DNA of 64,000 nucleotides from Octopus sinensis (Eukaryota): positions 121,086,001 through 121,150,000 of the forward strand of contig NC_043000.1 of NCBI RefSeq assembly GCF_006345805.1, given 5' to 3'. The notes below the pieces were generated by a model. That model was not told the origin of the DNA. It did not search any database and saw only the letters and a program-made list of their open reading frames with translations. The position numbers were made by a program, and so were the translations under genes. Positions 13,988 to 27,143 of this stretch are shown one piece after another. Numbering within the stretch: position 1 is the stretch's first letter; each line of letters begins with the position of its first letter.

Positions 13988-15264
13988 TATATATATAGAT
14001 AGATATAGATATAGATTTATTGATATATAAATAAATAAATAAATAAATAAATAGATTGATTGATTGATCTAAGACTAACGTCTTTATCCAGTACTAGTTG
14101 ACGAACCCTAGAAGCAAAATTTGAAGTCACTGTCAAAATTAACATTATTACAAAATTACCTCTTTGCTCACTATCGTGCCCTTCCATCTGTAAATGCTCT
14201 TTGAGGAGATATTCAAATTCTTGAAAAGAATGACACTGACCCGACTAAATTATCATATATATTTGTACTCGTAAATGTCTGTATGTGTCTGTATATACGA
14301 ACATGCATTTCTCTAGCTATGTGTGTGTGTGTGTGTGCGCGTGTGTGTGTGTTTTTGTGTGTGTGTGTGTGTGTGTGTATGTGTGTGCATAGCGTAACTG
14401 AAGTAGAAACAGCTCCAGTCGTATACATTAAATAGTTATGAAATGGAGACAAGTCTGAGTTTCAGGAACGAGGGGTACATTTAGAGAACACAAAGATAGA
14501 CTTCTTTAACCAGGAAGAACATTTAAGAAATACGATTTCTACTGGACTCTATACACCAGGGACAAAGAAAACTATTGTTAGAATTACAATTCTGTCTCAG
14601 TATAGAGTAACTTTAATAGATATGCCCTGGCTATTTATTAAACTTCCGTACGTCTACTTAATATTGTATTTATTTACATAGCTCTAAAGTCTTCTTTATA
14701 AAGCTATCTAGGCATTTCTGCTGAATACTTCTGAAAGATGCATTTTAAAATATAGTTTCAAAAGTATTTGTTATTATGTCTCCAAGTATATCTTGAAGCT
14801 GTTCTTCTTGATTCATTGTATAGTAAAGAGTTTCACACATGAATAGAAGAGATTCAAATTCAGTGAATTTTCAACTTAACTTTTCTGACACGCGGCAAAA
14901 TATTTAATTGTCGCAGACATATACATCTATATAGCATGCTTTGGTTATAAACGTTACCTCGTATCTATAGATGACACACACACACACTCACTCCCACTCC
15001 TCCCATACATACTCGTATTGGGCACTCCAAAGCAGAGTTATGAATTAAACAATTTTAAATCATTTCATATATGTCTGCGACATATTTGACCTGTAAAAAG
15101 TTCGTTTATCACGGCGGTTTGCCGTATATAATATTCTCCCTTTAGCAGCAGGTTTAAAACACCAACTTACATATCAAGGCAGCCTCTATAGACCGATGAA
15201 TGCATACAATTTAATATATGTACATATATACATACAGTTACCCATATTTACATAAATACATACA

Positions 15265-15326
<62 letters not shown>

Positions 15327-15431
15327 CATATATATATACATACTATATATATATATACACACACATATATATATATATATATATAGTATATATATATATA
15401 TATATATATACATACATATATATATATATAT

Positions 15432-15530
15432 ATGGTAAGACAAAAAAAGAATGAAAGAGACCTCGATATTATGTAAATAGAGGAATTTATCTGTAAATGT
15501 TACAGTTATTCGGTAGCCATGATAAAACAT
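15432..15530 (-). mobile_element. 3' tail fragment of the HHR-bearing repeat seen at 35240-35496
   Basis: AAGAATGAAAGA.AC.TCGATATTATGTAAATAGAGGAATTTATCTGTAAAT...TTATTCGGTAGCCATGA is shared with 35281-35363 and abuts (TA)n. Confidence 0.75.
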
Positions 15531-15630
15531 ATATACATTAGAAATGGAAACAAAATAATAGAATATATGTAGGTATGTATGTATGTATGTATGTATATAT
15601 ATATATATATTATATATATATATATATATC

Positions 15631-15674
<44 letters not shown>

Positions 15675-17911
15675 TGTATATACATTCATGTAAATATGCA
15701 TATACATAATTCATATATGCATTTGAATGTATGCGTATGTATGCGTTTTCCCTCTTGTTGCGATTTCTATCATTGGTATCTTTGAACAAAGACGTCGTTG
15801 GGCGGATTAAATTCAAGATTGTTCCAATATATTGGACCAAGAATTTTTTCTACAACTGCAAGCCGTAAGAGTAAATCTGGCCGGGCTACCATTTGAATTA
15901 TCGTCTAGCAGTAAAATGCTCGACATGTCTGGAGTCATTGGATAGCCGATTAAATCGCCGCTTGTAAACATCTTGTTTCCTATATCCTAGAGGAAGAAAA
16001 TATAAAGCTGTATTTGAAGGTAAAAGTAGAAGAAAATAAGCTTAAATATCCTAAGCTGCTTAGATTAACCGTTTCACCTCCATACTCTTGAATGCCGTTC
16101 GCGAAATCATCATTAACAAAATGCATTGTCAAGTTTTAAAGTTGAATAAAAATCTCTTACACTTTTCTTCCACCTCATCAGCATTCTGCTTCTGTTCCTT
16201 ATAACATCCACCTTCTTATATCCACCTCTCTTTTTCTCTTGAGTTCATCGTCTTCTTCTTTGAGTCCTTCATGCTATCTATTCACATTTTGAAATGTTTT
16301 CCGATACCTAATATTATTCACTTCGTTTCTATGACTCCCTTTCTCCCCAATCCCCTCATCACCTATATATCATCTTTTACTTTTTTCAGCCATCTCAATC
16401 CTTCAGTATTCTTCGTCACTTCAATTTCTTCGTGATCGAATAATACAGAGCAGCATCTAAACGCTTCCTTTATTTCCTTCGCAAAAAAACAAAAACAAAA
16501 ACCCATCAAATATTAGAAAAAAAGAATTAATGCACAAAACTACTACTAAAATATAACGAAAAATAAATCACTGCCTCTCGTTCTCATCTACATTACCAAC
16601 GTCACAGCCGCCTGTTAGTCATTCTAGTAAGTAGGAATTGTTTCTCTATCTATCACCACGTGATGAGATAACATATTTTTCTAGTTGACAGATTCACCCA
16701 GTCACGAGTTCCTAGGCATTTTTGCTTATTGAAGGATTTGCTCGATAGCTTAAGTGGATTTCAAAACAGATATCCTGTTACGCTACGACAACAAGTCTAC
16801 TTTATCACGGATTTATCAGCAATACGAGAAAGCAAGCAGGCAAGGAAGCGACTGACGTATGTTAACCGACATTTTAACAAAATGTAATTGATACAACTCA
16901 AACGCCAGTATGTATACACAGAACGAAATATAAGATTTAAACAATAAGGTAGTTGGCAATAAAGCTTTAGTATCAATTGGAAAGATAAAAATTAGACTCA
17001 GGTCACGGAGAATAGTGGATAAAAATGAAACCAGCTCACTCATATTTATTTAACAGCAAAAACAGAAACGTGTAAGTGAAACAATAAAATCTATTTCTTT
17101 CTGCTTCTCTTTCCCTTAAGGCGAGTAAACTAGTGGTCAGGGAGTTGAACTCAAGGATTGATAACCGTGGTTTCGGTCCCAGGACCTTATGATGTGTTGT
17201 ATTATTGGACGCTACGTTCACAGTCACTTATGCACCATAAAAATTGTGTAACTGGCCATATGAAGTTTAGGACACGAAACAGCCGTGTTTAGGGGACTTA
17301 CCTTGTTTTGCACTCTTCTCCCCCACAATTGCAATGTGGAAGATATTTATAAGTCCTTTAAAAACTCACAAAATCCCTTAGATTCACTTTAACATTTAAA
17401 TTTAACTTGTGTCCAGAAATTTTCGTCGCTTTGAAACCGTGACCTGCTCAGTGACAAAACTTCGTCTGTACCTTTCATTCTTTCGGAATCGATTAATTAA
17501 GTACTAGTTCGATGCTGGAGGCAATGTAATAGACTTAACCCCTCACCCGGAATTGCTAGTCTCGTACCAGAATTTGAAACCAATATTCAGATGGAATGCG
17601 ATTTGCTTGTGAATTCTATATTGGCATTTATTTAGATATTTTCCTTTCTAGTCAAACATCTGCATTTCGAAATTGATACCCCTTGTCACTCTTAAATCTC
17701 TAATCTTTCATCATCGTTGCCGTACTCTCCTCATCGATGTTCACTTTCGCTTATTCTGCAACTGAGATGCACAACTTCCATGTCTGCGGGCACTCACAAA
17801 CTTGTGTTGGTATTTCACGCCAGCGGAGCTTTAATCCGCTAAACCTATACTGCAAAATATTACAGCCCGCATTTATGTTGCTTTATTTTTTTTTCAAATA
17901 GCTTTTTAAAG

Positions 17912-18072
17912 AGGAGTGGCTGTGTGGTAAGTAGTTTGCTTACGAACCACATGGTTCCGAGTTCAGTCCAACTGCGTGGCACCTTGGGCAAGTGTCTTCT
18001 ACTATAGCGTCGGGCCGACGAAAACCTTGTGAGTGGATTTGGTAGACGGAAACTGAAAAGAAGCCCGTCGTA

Positions 18073-18111
<39 letters not shown>

Positions 18112-18332
18112 GAGTAGTTGAATGAATTATCTTATTATGGATAATTCGGTTAACCGATACCTGGGTAGAAAATTCACGTCAGAAAAACACGTTTGAAGCT
18201 ACATGCCTAGGGCAGAGATCACGTGCTATCGTGTGGAAATTTGTGTGTTTTTTTAAATACAAATAAATGAAAGAAAGGAGTTGAACGACAAATGAACAAA
18301 ATTCCTTCATTTTATTTTCGACACACACACAC

Positions 18333-18392
<60 letters not shown>

Positions 18393-18631
18393 GTATATAT
18401 ATACGTATGCATGTGTATACGTTTCTGTGTCTGTGTTTGTCCCCCAACATCACTTGACAACAGACGTTGTTGTGTTTACGTCCCCGTAACTTAGCGCTTA
18501 GGCAAAAGAGACCGATAGGATGAGTACTAGGCTTACAAAAAAATAAGTCCTGGGGGCGATTTGCTCGACTAAAGGCGGTGCTCCAGCATGGCCGCAGTCA
18601 TATGCCTGAAACAAGTAATAGAATAAAAGAG
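17912..18631 (+). mobile_element. SINE family A split by a ~210-bp insert in its internal (TA)n
   Basis: Head AGGAGTGGCTGTGTGGTAAG and B-box GAGTTCAGTCC; 5' half runs to about 18107, unrelated insert 18108-18320, 3' half 18411-18631. Confidence 0.88.
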
Positions 18632-19226
18632 TGGCAAGTGATTGTATTACCCAAAGTGTCCTCCGCTATTTAGACTGATAGTGTAAATTTTAAGCAGTTC
18701 TTTCATTTATTCGATCGACTATATACAGGATCCATTGGTGGGTCGGGATTTGATGCGGATGATGTTGTGCTTAATATTCTAAGTTAATGTCTCTAGGAGA
18801 AACAATATCAGGGAGTAGAATCAATAGTGCTGCAGTTCTTTGGAGAATTGATCGGAAACATTGATTAAATATCTGGTATGCATTTCTAGACACAATAGGC
18901 TTAGATTTGATTTGAGGGAATTGGTATGCAGTATATAGTTTCAGATGCGCAAAAGTCGTTGTAGCAACTTAAGGAGAGGAGAAAAAGGGGGGAAAAAACA
19001 AACAGGGTAATTGTGTGTTGGAATGTGATGATATGATTATGAATAAATTTTTTCCAATCACTCAGGCGGAGAGAAATTGAGTAATAATGTTCTATCATGT
19101 GCGTGAGGGTGTGTTCGTGATTGCGTGTTTGGTGGCGGGAAGGAGACCAGGAAGAGCGTTCGAGATACGTTAGTAATAATCACGCTAATAAATTAAGTAT
19201 CTGTGCTTGCATAGTGAAGAAAAGTC

Positions 19227-19612
19227 AGGAGTGGCTGTGTGGTAAGTAGCTTGCTTACCAACCACATGGTTCCGGGTTCAGTCCTACTGCGGGGCAACTT
19301 GAGCAAGTGTCTTCTACTATATCCTCGGGCTGACCAAAGCCTTGTGAAGGGATTTGGTAGACGGAAACTGAAAGAAGCTCGTCGTATATATGCATATGCA
19401 TATGTGTGTTTGTGTGTCTGTGTTTGTCCCCCTAACAGCACTTGACAACCGATGCTGGTGTGTTTACGTCCCCGTAACTTAGCGGTTTGGCAAAAGAGAC
19501 CGATAGAATAAGTACTAGGCTTACAAAGAATAAGCTCTGGGGTTGATTTGCTCGACTAAAAGCGATGCTCCAGCATGGCCGCAGTCAAATGACTGAAACA
19601 AGGAAAAGAGAG
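19227..19612 (+). mobile_element. SINE family A, full length
   Basis: tRNA-like head, CTTGAGCAAGTGTCTTC body, internal (TA)/(TG) tract, AAAAGAG tail. Confidence 0.92.
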
Positions 19613-19930
19613 TGCTGAAATAGCATGTTGGTCCTTAGGATACGTTTGATATCTGAGATGTTGCCTTGTGTTATCGTAGATATGCTGTCACCATGGAAGT
19701 TTGCTAGTTAGTCATAAACTTGGGTATTGTGGCTCGTTTTACAAATATACTTTTTGTCGAATTCATATACCATTTAGAGAAGTTGCTGAAAATAATTTTA
19801 ACAACGGTTTCAGTTCATTCCCGAACAAAGTAATTTTGTTTTTCTCTGAGAGTACCCATGGTGTATGTTTCTACCATATCCATATTTATATTGTCTATTT
19901 TACACAATATTAGAATAGTTTCGTTTATAA

Positions 19931-20308
19931 TTACCTCCGCCTTCGCTACGACGTAGGTATTGTTTCAGTTGTAATTGTTTGTTTGCTTGTTTGTGCGTGG
20001 ACAAGATATCTCAAGAACCGCTACATAGATTCGGATGAATCTTTCAGGGATGTTTGGCCTCGCAATTTCCCCAAACTGATTAGATTTGCGGATCGATCCG
20101 GTACCGGACAAGGATTCCGGATTCTTTCCCTTTTTTTTTTTTTTTTTACTTAATTTTTGAGAGGGGGTCGGGTTCAGTTTTAGCATTCTCGTTTGTTAGA
20201 GCAGTCGAATTTATTTAAGATATTCTCATTTTAAAAATCAACTCAAGCTAATCGTTGAGAGGACATTAGTATTGATTTGGCGGAGGTTTGCGTTCTCTGG
20301 ACGCTTTT
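19931..20308 (+). mobile_element. HINE/DINE-1-like Helentron-associated non-autonomous element
   Basis: 5' TTACCTCCGCC with nearby partial inverted copy, (GTTT)n tract, 3' GGCGGAGGT followed by a short terminal hairpin. Related copies at 24453, 56954 and 57473. Confidence 0.75.
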
Positions 20309-20677
20309 GTTTCTTTTGTTTTCTGTCTAAATCTGCATGGCAAACACAATCTGGTTAATTTGTTGTGTCATGTTCACCACTTTGTATGCATTTAATTTTT
20401 GTATACGACTTCCCGGGAAGCTTTAATTCGATATATTCTGTTGGGTATTAATTGATAAGAGACTGCAATTATTAAGCATTTACTCTTAAGTTTTAATCCT
20501 GTGCTTTCGACCTAGTTCACTGTGTTCACAAATATATTCTACTACTCATGTAGAAAATTTCATTCATAGCACTTTGTTTGTAATTTTAAGTTTGGTTTCC
20601 AGTATTATCTATTATACTATATACATTATCTTCACATTTTGTTGTTATTTCAGATGTTATTATTCTCCTGTAAAATT

Positions 20678-20893
20678 AAGGCAGCGAGCCCGCAGAATCG
20701 TTAGCACTCCGGACAAAATGGTTAGCGGCACTTCGTCCGCCGCTACACTCTGAGTTCCACTTCTGCCGAAGTCGATTTTGCTTTTCATCCTTTCAGGATC
20801 GATAAATTAAGTAGCAGTGAAACACTGGAGCCGATGTAATCGACTAGTCCCCTCCCTCACTAAATTTCAGGCCTCGTGCCTACATTAGAAAGG
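20678..20893 (+). mobile_element. SINE family B monomer (beta tail)
   Basis: Head plus core, then CGACTAGTCCCCTCCC..AAATTTCAGGCCTCGTGCC..AGAAAG tail. Confidence 0.85.
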
Positions 20894-21780
20894 ATTGTTC
20901 TGTTGTAAGTTTGTGTTTATCACATAACATTACTAATTACTTTTAATGCCTATCCAGCGTATCGCTCATCACGTATTTACGAAAATTGAATCCTTTGCAA
21001 ATTTACTTAGTAACACGATGCACACTGTGTAGCAGTTCTCTCATTACCTTCAGCGTACCTTGTCTTCCACACAGAGAAAATCCTTGAGTATTACTTGCTT
21101 TGGGAGCTATTGCACTTGAAGGAAAATCAACTCTATTCGAACAGTGACCCCTCATTCATTTCCTTTTGTGATCATTCTTACAACTTCTTAATTCGGGTTA
21201 TGATGTGTTCCTCAGACAACTTTTTAAATGGTTTCACCAGAAAAAAAAACTCATAGCTAAGATCCTTTTAGCAATCGTAATTACATGATAGTTTCATGCA
21301 TTTTAGTCTTCAGTATGATGTTTCATTTCAAGATCGTTTGCAAAATACCATTTTGCTTTAGAAGTGCTTTATTTTTAATTAAACTCCAGGATTTATCATT
21401 AATAGCCATAACACTCCTCTGAGTTTTTATAACGTGTTAAAGTTAGGACACCATGTAAGGAGCTATAGTTTGGATGCCACTCGCTTCTCATGCATTTGCT
21501 GCATTCAGTTAGTCATGTAGTTATGATGTACATCGTAGTGTACCACTGGTCAACAAAATAAACACTTTATTCTCTAGCATAAAATCTTAGAGCTGTTTTA
21601 GACTAATTTTTAAGAGCTTATTCCAAAACTGACCTAAGATTTGATTTATGATATCTCATTTTTGCGCCATCTGTGCATAACTTTATTTACCTGGATCATA
21701 TCGAATGTTACCTTTACGCCACTATTTTCAGAAATTTTGGCTGGTTTGTCATGCTAATTTTGATATACGTTCAACACTTT

Positions 21781-21988
21781 ACTCTTTTATTTGTTTCAGT
21801 CATTTGACTGTGGCTATGCTGGAGCACCGGCTTTAGTCGAGCAAATCAACCCCAGGACTTATTCTTTGTAAGATTAGTACTTATTCCATCGGTCTCTTTT
21901 GCCGAACCACTAAGTTAAGGGGACGTAAACACACCAGCATCGGTTGTCAAGCGATGTGTGGGTACCAAACATAAACATACAAACATAT

Positions 21989-22035
<47 letters not shown>

Positions 22036-22195
22036 ATATATATATACATATATACGTCTACTAAATCCACTCACAATGCTTTGGTTGTCCCGAGGCTATA
22101 GTAGAACGCACTTGCCCAAAGTGTCACGCAGTGTGACTGAACCCGGAACCATATGGTTCGTAAGCAAGCTACTTAACACACAGCAACTCATACGC
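21781..22195 (-). mobile_element. SINE family A, full length
   Basis: Reverse complement matches 19227-19612 throughout. Confidence 0.9.
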
Positions 22196-22239
22196 CTATG
22201 TTTAACTCTTTCTTTATGGACATTAAATTGCTGTTTCTA

Positions 22240-23340
22240 GCAAAATTAAATATTTTATACCACCAAAATCTGATGTGATGGAGAAAATCTGAGGCCATAT
22301 TTGGATCCAGCATACCAAAATTAGCTAAAAACCGTTGATAAGCCATGTGCCAGAAAGCCTGTGTTGACTTGTGTAATCGTTTAATTCTATGATATTGAAG
22401 AATACATGTAGATTTTTCATCCCGTAAGACATGAATGTTTTTACATCCGATATGACAATCCATGGCTTTCTTTTCTTGTTCCCTAATATTTCTTCATTCC
22501 GTTTTAAAACTCGATTGATCTTTATACGCTTTTGTTTCATTTCATTCATGGAATTATTCCAGTTCCCACATTTCTCATAACCAGAATCTTTGTACTATTT
22601 GTCCAGAAATTTCTGTTTTTAATTACTTTTGCTGTTAAATTCTTTATAATTATTTTTATTATTTTCTCAGAACATTAGAATGGGTAAAATATTTGGTTTC
22701 ATTTTTGGAAATACATGTTTTCCCCTGACCGCCATTCATTTTCAGTTTCCTGTATAACATTCCATTTTTTTGTTTAGGATGGTATTTTTTTATATGTCTT
22801 GCTCCTTACGTAATACAGATACTTTTGTTCTTTGGATTAATTTCCTCTGGTAAGATTTTGCTTCCTATCTTTTCCTCTCATATATCGTCTTATTTCTATT
22901 TCAACACCAGCAGTATTTCTTACAACCACAACTTGCAGATTGGATAAGTGGTTTCATAACCGTTATATCTATACCAAATATTTGCGGTCGTGTCATTTAT
23001 TAAAAGGAGGTTAACGTACCTGATAAAGGGGTTCTCTGTCTGATGTTGTATGATATCCTACTAATTTCCAGTCTGCCTTTATATTGTGTAAATTGTATCA
23101 CTTTAATGTTTTATCTAATTTCCTCGATCGTGTATTCTATTCAACTGAATTCATTTGAAACAATACTTTTTTCTATTATCACTAGGAAGTATTAACTTTG
23201 TACGAATTGTTGTAGTTGTTTGTTTAATGGTTATTCTTTCTGTAGGTTTGCTGTGATTTAGCATAGAATCTTTTATATAAGACCACATTTTTCTTTGGTA
23301 AATGCATTTGTTATAGTCTATTCAAAGTTGCAAGCGTTAT
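22240..23340 (-). mobile_element. Heavily decayed R4/Dong-clade LINE (region N-terminal to and at the start of RT)
   Basis: Fragments RFWL*EMW, KPWIVISDVK and LDPNMASDFLHHIRFWWYKIF resemble R4 pre-RT and RT motifs 0-1. Followed by (TTC)n(TTA)n at 23485-23580. Confidence 0.4.
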
Positions 23341-23495
23341 CTTTCATATTTACCAATATCTTCCGCACTGTTTACCGTTTTTTCAATCAGACCTCCCATA
23401 TTACTTGCTTCCATATGGAGTTCTTTGTACCTTAACAACTTCGACTTCGTCAAAGACAAATCTTTGATCACAAGAAACAAAGTACTATTATTGTT

Positions 23496-23526
<31 letters not shown>

Positions 23527-23580
23527 TTATTATTATTATTAATCATCATTATTATTATTGTTCTTGTTGTTGTCATTATT

Positions 23581-23793
23581 AAGGTGGCAAAATGGCAGAA
23601 TCGTTAGCACGTCGGTGAAATGCTTAGAGGTCTTTCGTCTGTCGCTACGTTCTGAGTTCAAATTCCGTCAAGGTCGACTGTGCCTTTTATCCTTTCGAGG
23701 TCGATAAATTAAGTGTGAATGAAACACTGGGGTTAATGTAATCGATTCATCCCCTCTTCCAATAGGCTGCTCTCGTGGCAAAATTTGAAACGA
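23581..23793 (+). mobile_element. SINE family B monomer (beta tail) in (ATT)n
   Basis: Head, B-box and core recognisable; (ATT)n on both sides. Confidence 0.82.
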
Positions 23794-24319
23794 TTATTAT
23801 TATTATTCCTTCATAACACAGTGTAAGTAAAAATGAACCTGTGCCAATGTCTGAATTGATGTTAACATTTATTCATCCACATTTAAAGTTGTGAGGGTAG
23901 GAAGGGAAATGCCCCCCCCCAGTGAATTGGTGAACAGATAGCTAACTTGAAAATATAGACAGAGTGGATGGTCCTATTCTAAGTATTCCCCTGTAGGGTG
24001 GCGACCATAAGAACTATATTCTGTAACCAGCAGACACACTTGCCCAATCCCAGGCAAAATCAATATCATCAATGTCCTCATTTCGACCCGAGGAAAGTCC
24101 ATCCCAGGACTCAAAAAGCATTCACGCATCAATCGCAAATAGATGCAGCTACGTCGTCTCTGTTATTCTCTCTATTGCTCTCTTGAACTTCCCTTCATAC
24201 ACTTATACGTCGAAACCCACGGGAACGACTAACATTATTTTCCCGTTTTTCATGTCCAAGCGAACCGTAATTCAGACTTCAATGCTAGTGTTGTGTTTTA
24301 AAATCCATTGTTGTCTTTA

Positions 24320-24373
<54 letters not shown>

Positions 24374-24452
24374 ATGAGCTTGCGTGTGTACGTATTTCTA
24401 TTCCGTTTCAAATAATTGAAAGACTTTTCCCCACTTGACAGTAGAATATTTA

Positions 24453-24823
24453 TTACCTCCGCCTTAGTGAATTCGGAGGTATTGTTTTCAGTTGTGTTCG
24501 TTTGTTTGTTTGTTTGTCAGTGGACGTGGCATTTTAAGAACCACTGGATGGATTCGGATGAAACATTTACTGATGTTTGGCCTCGTGACTGGCACGATTA
24601 AATTTTGAGATCAATCCGGTACCAGACAAGTATTCTGTATTATTTTTCCAGCTTTTCTTTTTTTATTTAATTTTTGAGAGCGGTCGGGTTCATTTTTAAT
24701 ATTCTTTTGCGAGAGTAGTCGAGTTTATTTCAGATATTCTCATTTTTAAAATCATCTCCGTCTAATCGATGAGAGGACATTGGTGTTGCCTTCACGGAGG
24801 TTTGCGCTCTCTGAATGCTCTTG
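24453..24823 (+). mobile_element. HINE/DINE-1-like element
   Basis: TTACCTCCGCC...CGGAGGT, (GTTT)n, 3' CGGAGGTTTGCGCTCTCTGAATGC; colinear with 19931-20308. Confidence 0.78.
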
Positions 24824-25902
24824 ATATACATTAAATTCACGAATATTTTATAAGCGTTGCTATATCGGTGGAAGGATAAGTGACACTATTTATAGACTTA
24901 CTTTCCCCACACTAGTTAGAGAGAAAGCAATTCCACCTGGTTGCATACAAAAAGAATGATTTTTGAAAGCAACAAAACAAAATTGTTCAAACGATGCAGG
25001 GATTAACATTATTGAGAATTACAGAAAGTAAATAACAGAAATATACATTGTCGGTATCTAAAACAGAAAATAAAAAAATAAAAAAAAAGATTTCAGCGAA
25101 AGTAATATAGTTAACATCAAAGCAAGGCCATATCTTGTTGACATTGCAAGCGACTGGAAAGAAAGGAATACAGCAAACAAAAGTGAAAAAGATAGTCGTT
25201 AGATGAGGACATTTGATGCTAGAAGCACATACTGGAAGAACATGCTTGAAGGTCTTGCCGAGAAGAAACGAAAAATGAGAAAATATTGACATGAGGAGGA
25301 GTTTTGATCCACGGGGCAGCGCGTTAGTGGTGTATTTTTTCTAGAGCCCTGGGCTAACTAAGGATTTTAGCAGAAAGAAATTGTTCTGAATTCCGTCATA
25401 CATACATACATACATACATCCACAAGCTGAACTATACAGGAATTTACAACTATTCTATCCAGATTATGACGATTACCTATAATTGATAGGGATAGTGGTA
25501 TATGTAACACTTTGCCTAAATATCAATCTCGCGAAATTAGGCTTCTCAAAACCAGTAGAGAGAAAGCTGGTTCGAAAATTACAGATTAAATCCAACACTG
25601 TTAGAGTGGTAATTAGGTAGGTAGTAGGTAGGTAGGTAGGTAAAAATCTCCAAAAGTTCCAGATGTTTATCAGTTAAGCTCATATATAGCATGTCTAGAT
25701 ATGCAACTATATGCATTAGAATACATGCATAAAACAAAACATACAAATCTGCACATATGCATACATACAAACACAAATACCCTGTTGTTGTTGTTGTTGT
25801 TGTTCTTAAAATACCTCGAATCTTAGTTCGCACCCGAGTCTTTCTCTATTGGTAGGAAATCTTGAGACAAAAGTGGAAAATGACATATATATATGCATAC
25901 AT

Positions 25903-26085
25903 AGGCGTAGTCGTGGCTGTGTTAAGCAGCGTGCTTCACAACCACACGGCTCTGGGTCCAGTCCCACTGCGTGACACCTTGGGCAAGTGTCTTTTACTAT
26001 AGCCTAGGGCTGACCAAAAACTTGTGAGTGGATTCGGTTGACGGAAACTGAAAGAAGCCCGTCGTATATATGTATATATATATAT
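25903..26085 (+). mobile_element. SINE family A, 5' half only
   Basis: Matches family A up to the internal (TA)n. The 3' half is not found downstream. Confidence 0.85.
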
Positions 26086-26861
26086 TGACCTGAAGAAAAT
26101 TCTAACTGGGCCGCTCCTACTATGTCAATTTTTTGTAAATTTTCGCTATATATATAATAAAATTCTGACTGGGCCGCTCCTGATTTGTCATTTTGTTGTA
26201 AATTTTCGCTATGTATATATATATATATATATATAATAAAATTCTGACTGGGCCGCTCCTGCTATGTCATTTTTTTGTAAATTTTCGCTATGTATATATA
26301 TATGTATAGTAAACGTCTAACTGGGCCGCTCCTGCTATGTCAATTTTTTGTAAATTTTCGCTATGTATATATATATAATAAAATTCTGACTGGGCCGCTC
26401 CTGCTATGTCAATTTTTTGTAAATTTTCGCTATGTATATATATATAATAAAATTCTGACTGGGCCGTTCCTGCTATGTCAATTTTTTGTAAATTTTCGCT
26501 ATGTATATATATATAATAAAATTCTGACTGGGCCGTTCCTGCTATGTCAATTTTTTGTAAATTTTCGCTATGTATATATATATAAATATAATTAAATTCT
26601 GACTGGGCCGCTCCTGCTATGTCATTTTTTTGTAAATTTTCGCTATGTATATATATATATATAGTAAACCTCTAACTGGGCCGCTCCTGCTATGTCAAGT
26701 TTTTGTAAATTTTCGCTATGTATATATATATATATATATAATAAAATTCTGACTGGGCCGCTCTTGCTATGTCAATTTGTTGTAAATTTTCGCTATGTAT
26801 ATATATATAATAAAATTCTGACTGGGCCGTTCCTGCTATGTCAATTTTTTGTAAATTTTCG

Positions 26862-26895
<34 letters not shown>

Positions 26896-27102
26896 AAATT
26901 CTGACTGGGCCGCTCCTGCTATGTCATTTTTTTGTAAATTATCGTTATATATAATATATATATATAATAAAACTCTGACTGGGCCTCTCCTGCTATGTCA
27001 ATTTTTTTGAAAATTTTCGCTCTGTATATATACATATAATAAAATTATGACTGGGCCGCTCCTGCTATGTCAATGTTTTGTAAAATTTCGCTATATCAGT
27101 CA

Positions 27103-27106
<4 letters not shown>
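26086..27106. repeat. Minisatellite array, 14 units of ~52 bp plus variable (TA)n
   Basis: Unit AAAATTCTGACTGGGCCGCTCCTGCTATGTCAATTTTTTGTAAATTTTCGCTAT(GT)(AT)n. Variant units AAAC(G/C)TCTAACTG at positions 4 and 9 indicate higher-order structure. Confidence 0.97.

Positions 27107-27141
<35 letters not shown>

Positions 27142-27143
<2 letters not shown>

Noticed and set aside
15780-15990. Candidate host exons here and at 16735-16857, 18753-18802 and 36433-36500
   Set aside because: Splice-like signals and short open frames are present but there is no recognisable protein family; RNA-seq is needed.
23990-24320. Possible pLTR/HHR before (TG)n (GTCGAAACCCACGGGAACGAC hairpin)
   Set aside because: No CUGANGA core and no second copy in the window.
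26290-26904. Repetitive ORFs (NKILTGPLLLCQFFVNFRYVYIY)n
   Set aside because: Reading-frame by-product of the minisatellite; frame shifts with (TA)n length.
26086-27106. CRISPR-like repeat-spacer appearance
   Set aside because: The spacers are only (TA)n of variable length, the context is eukaryotic, and there are no cas genes.
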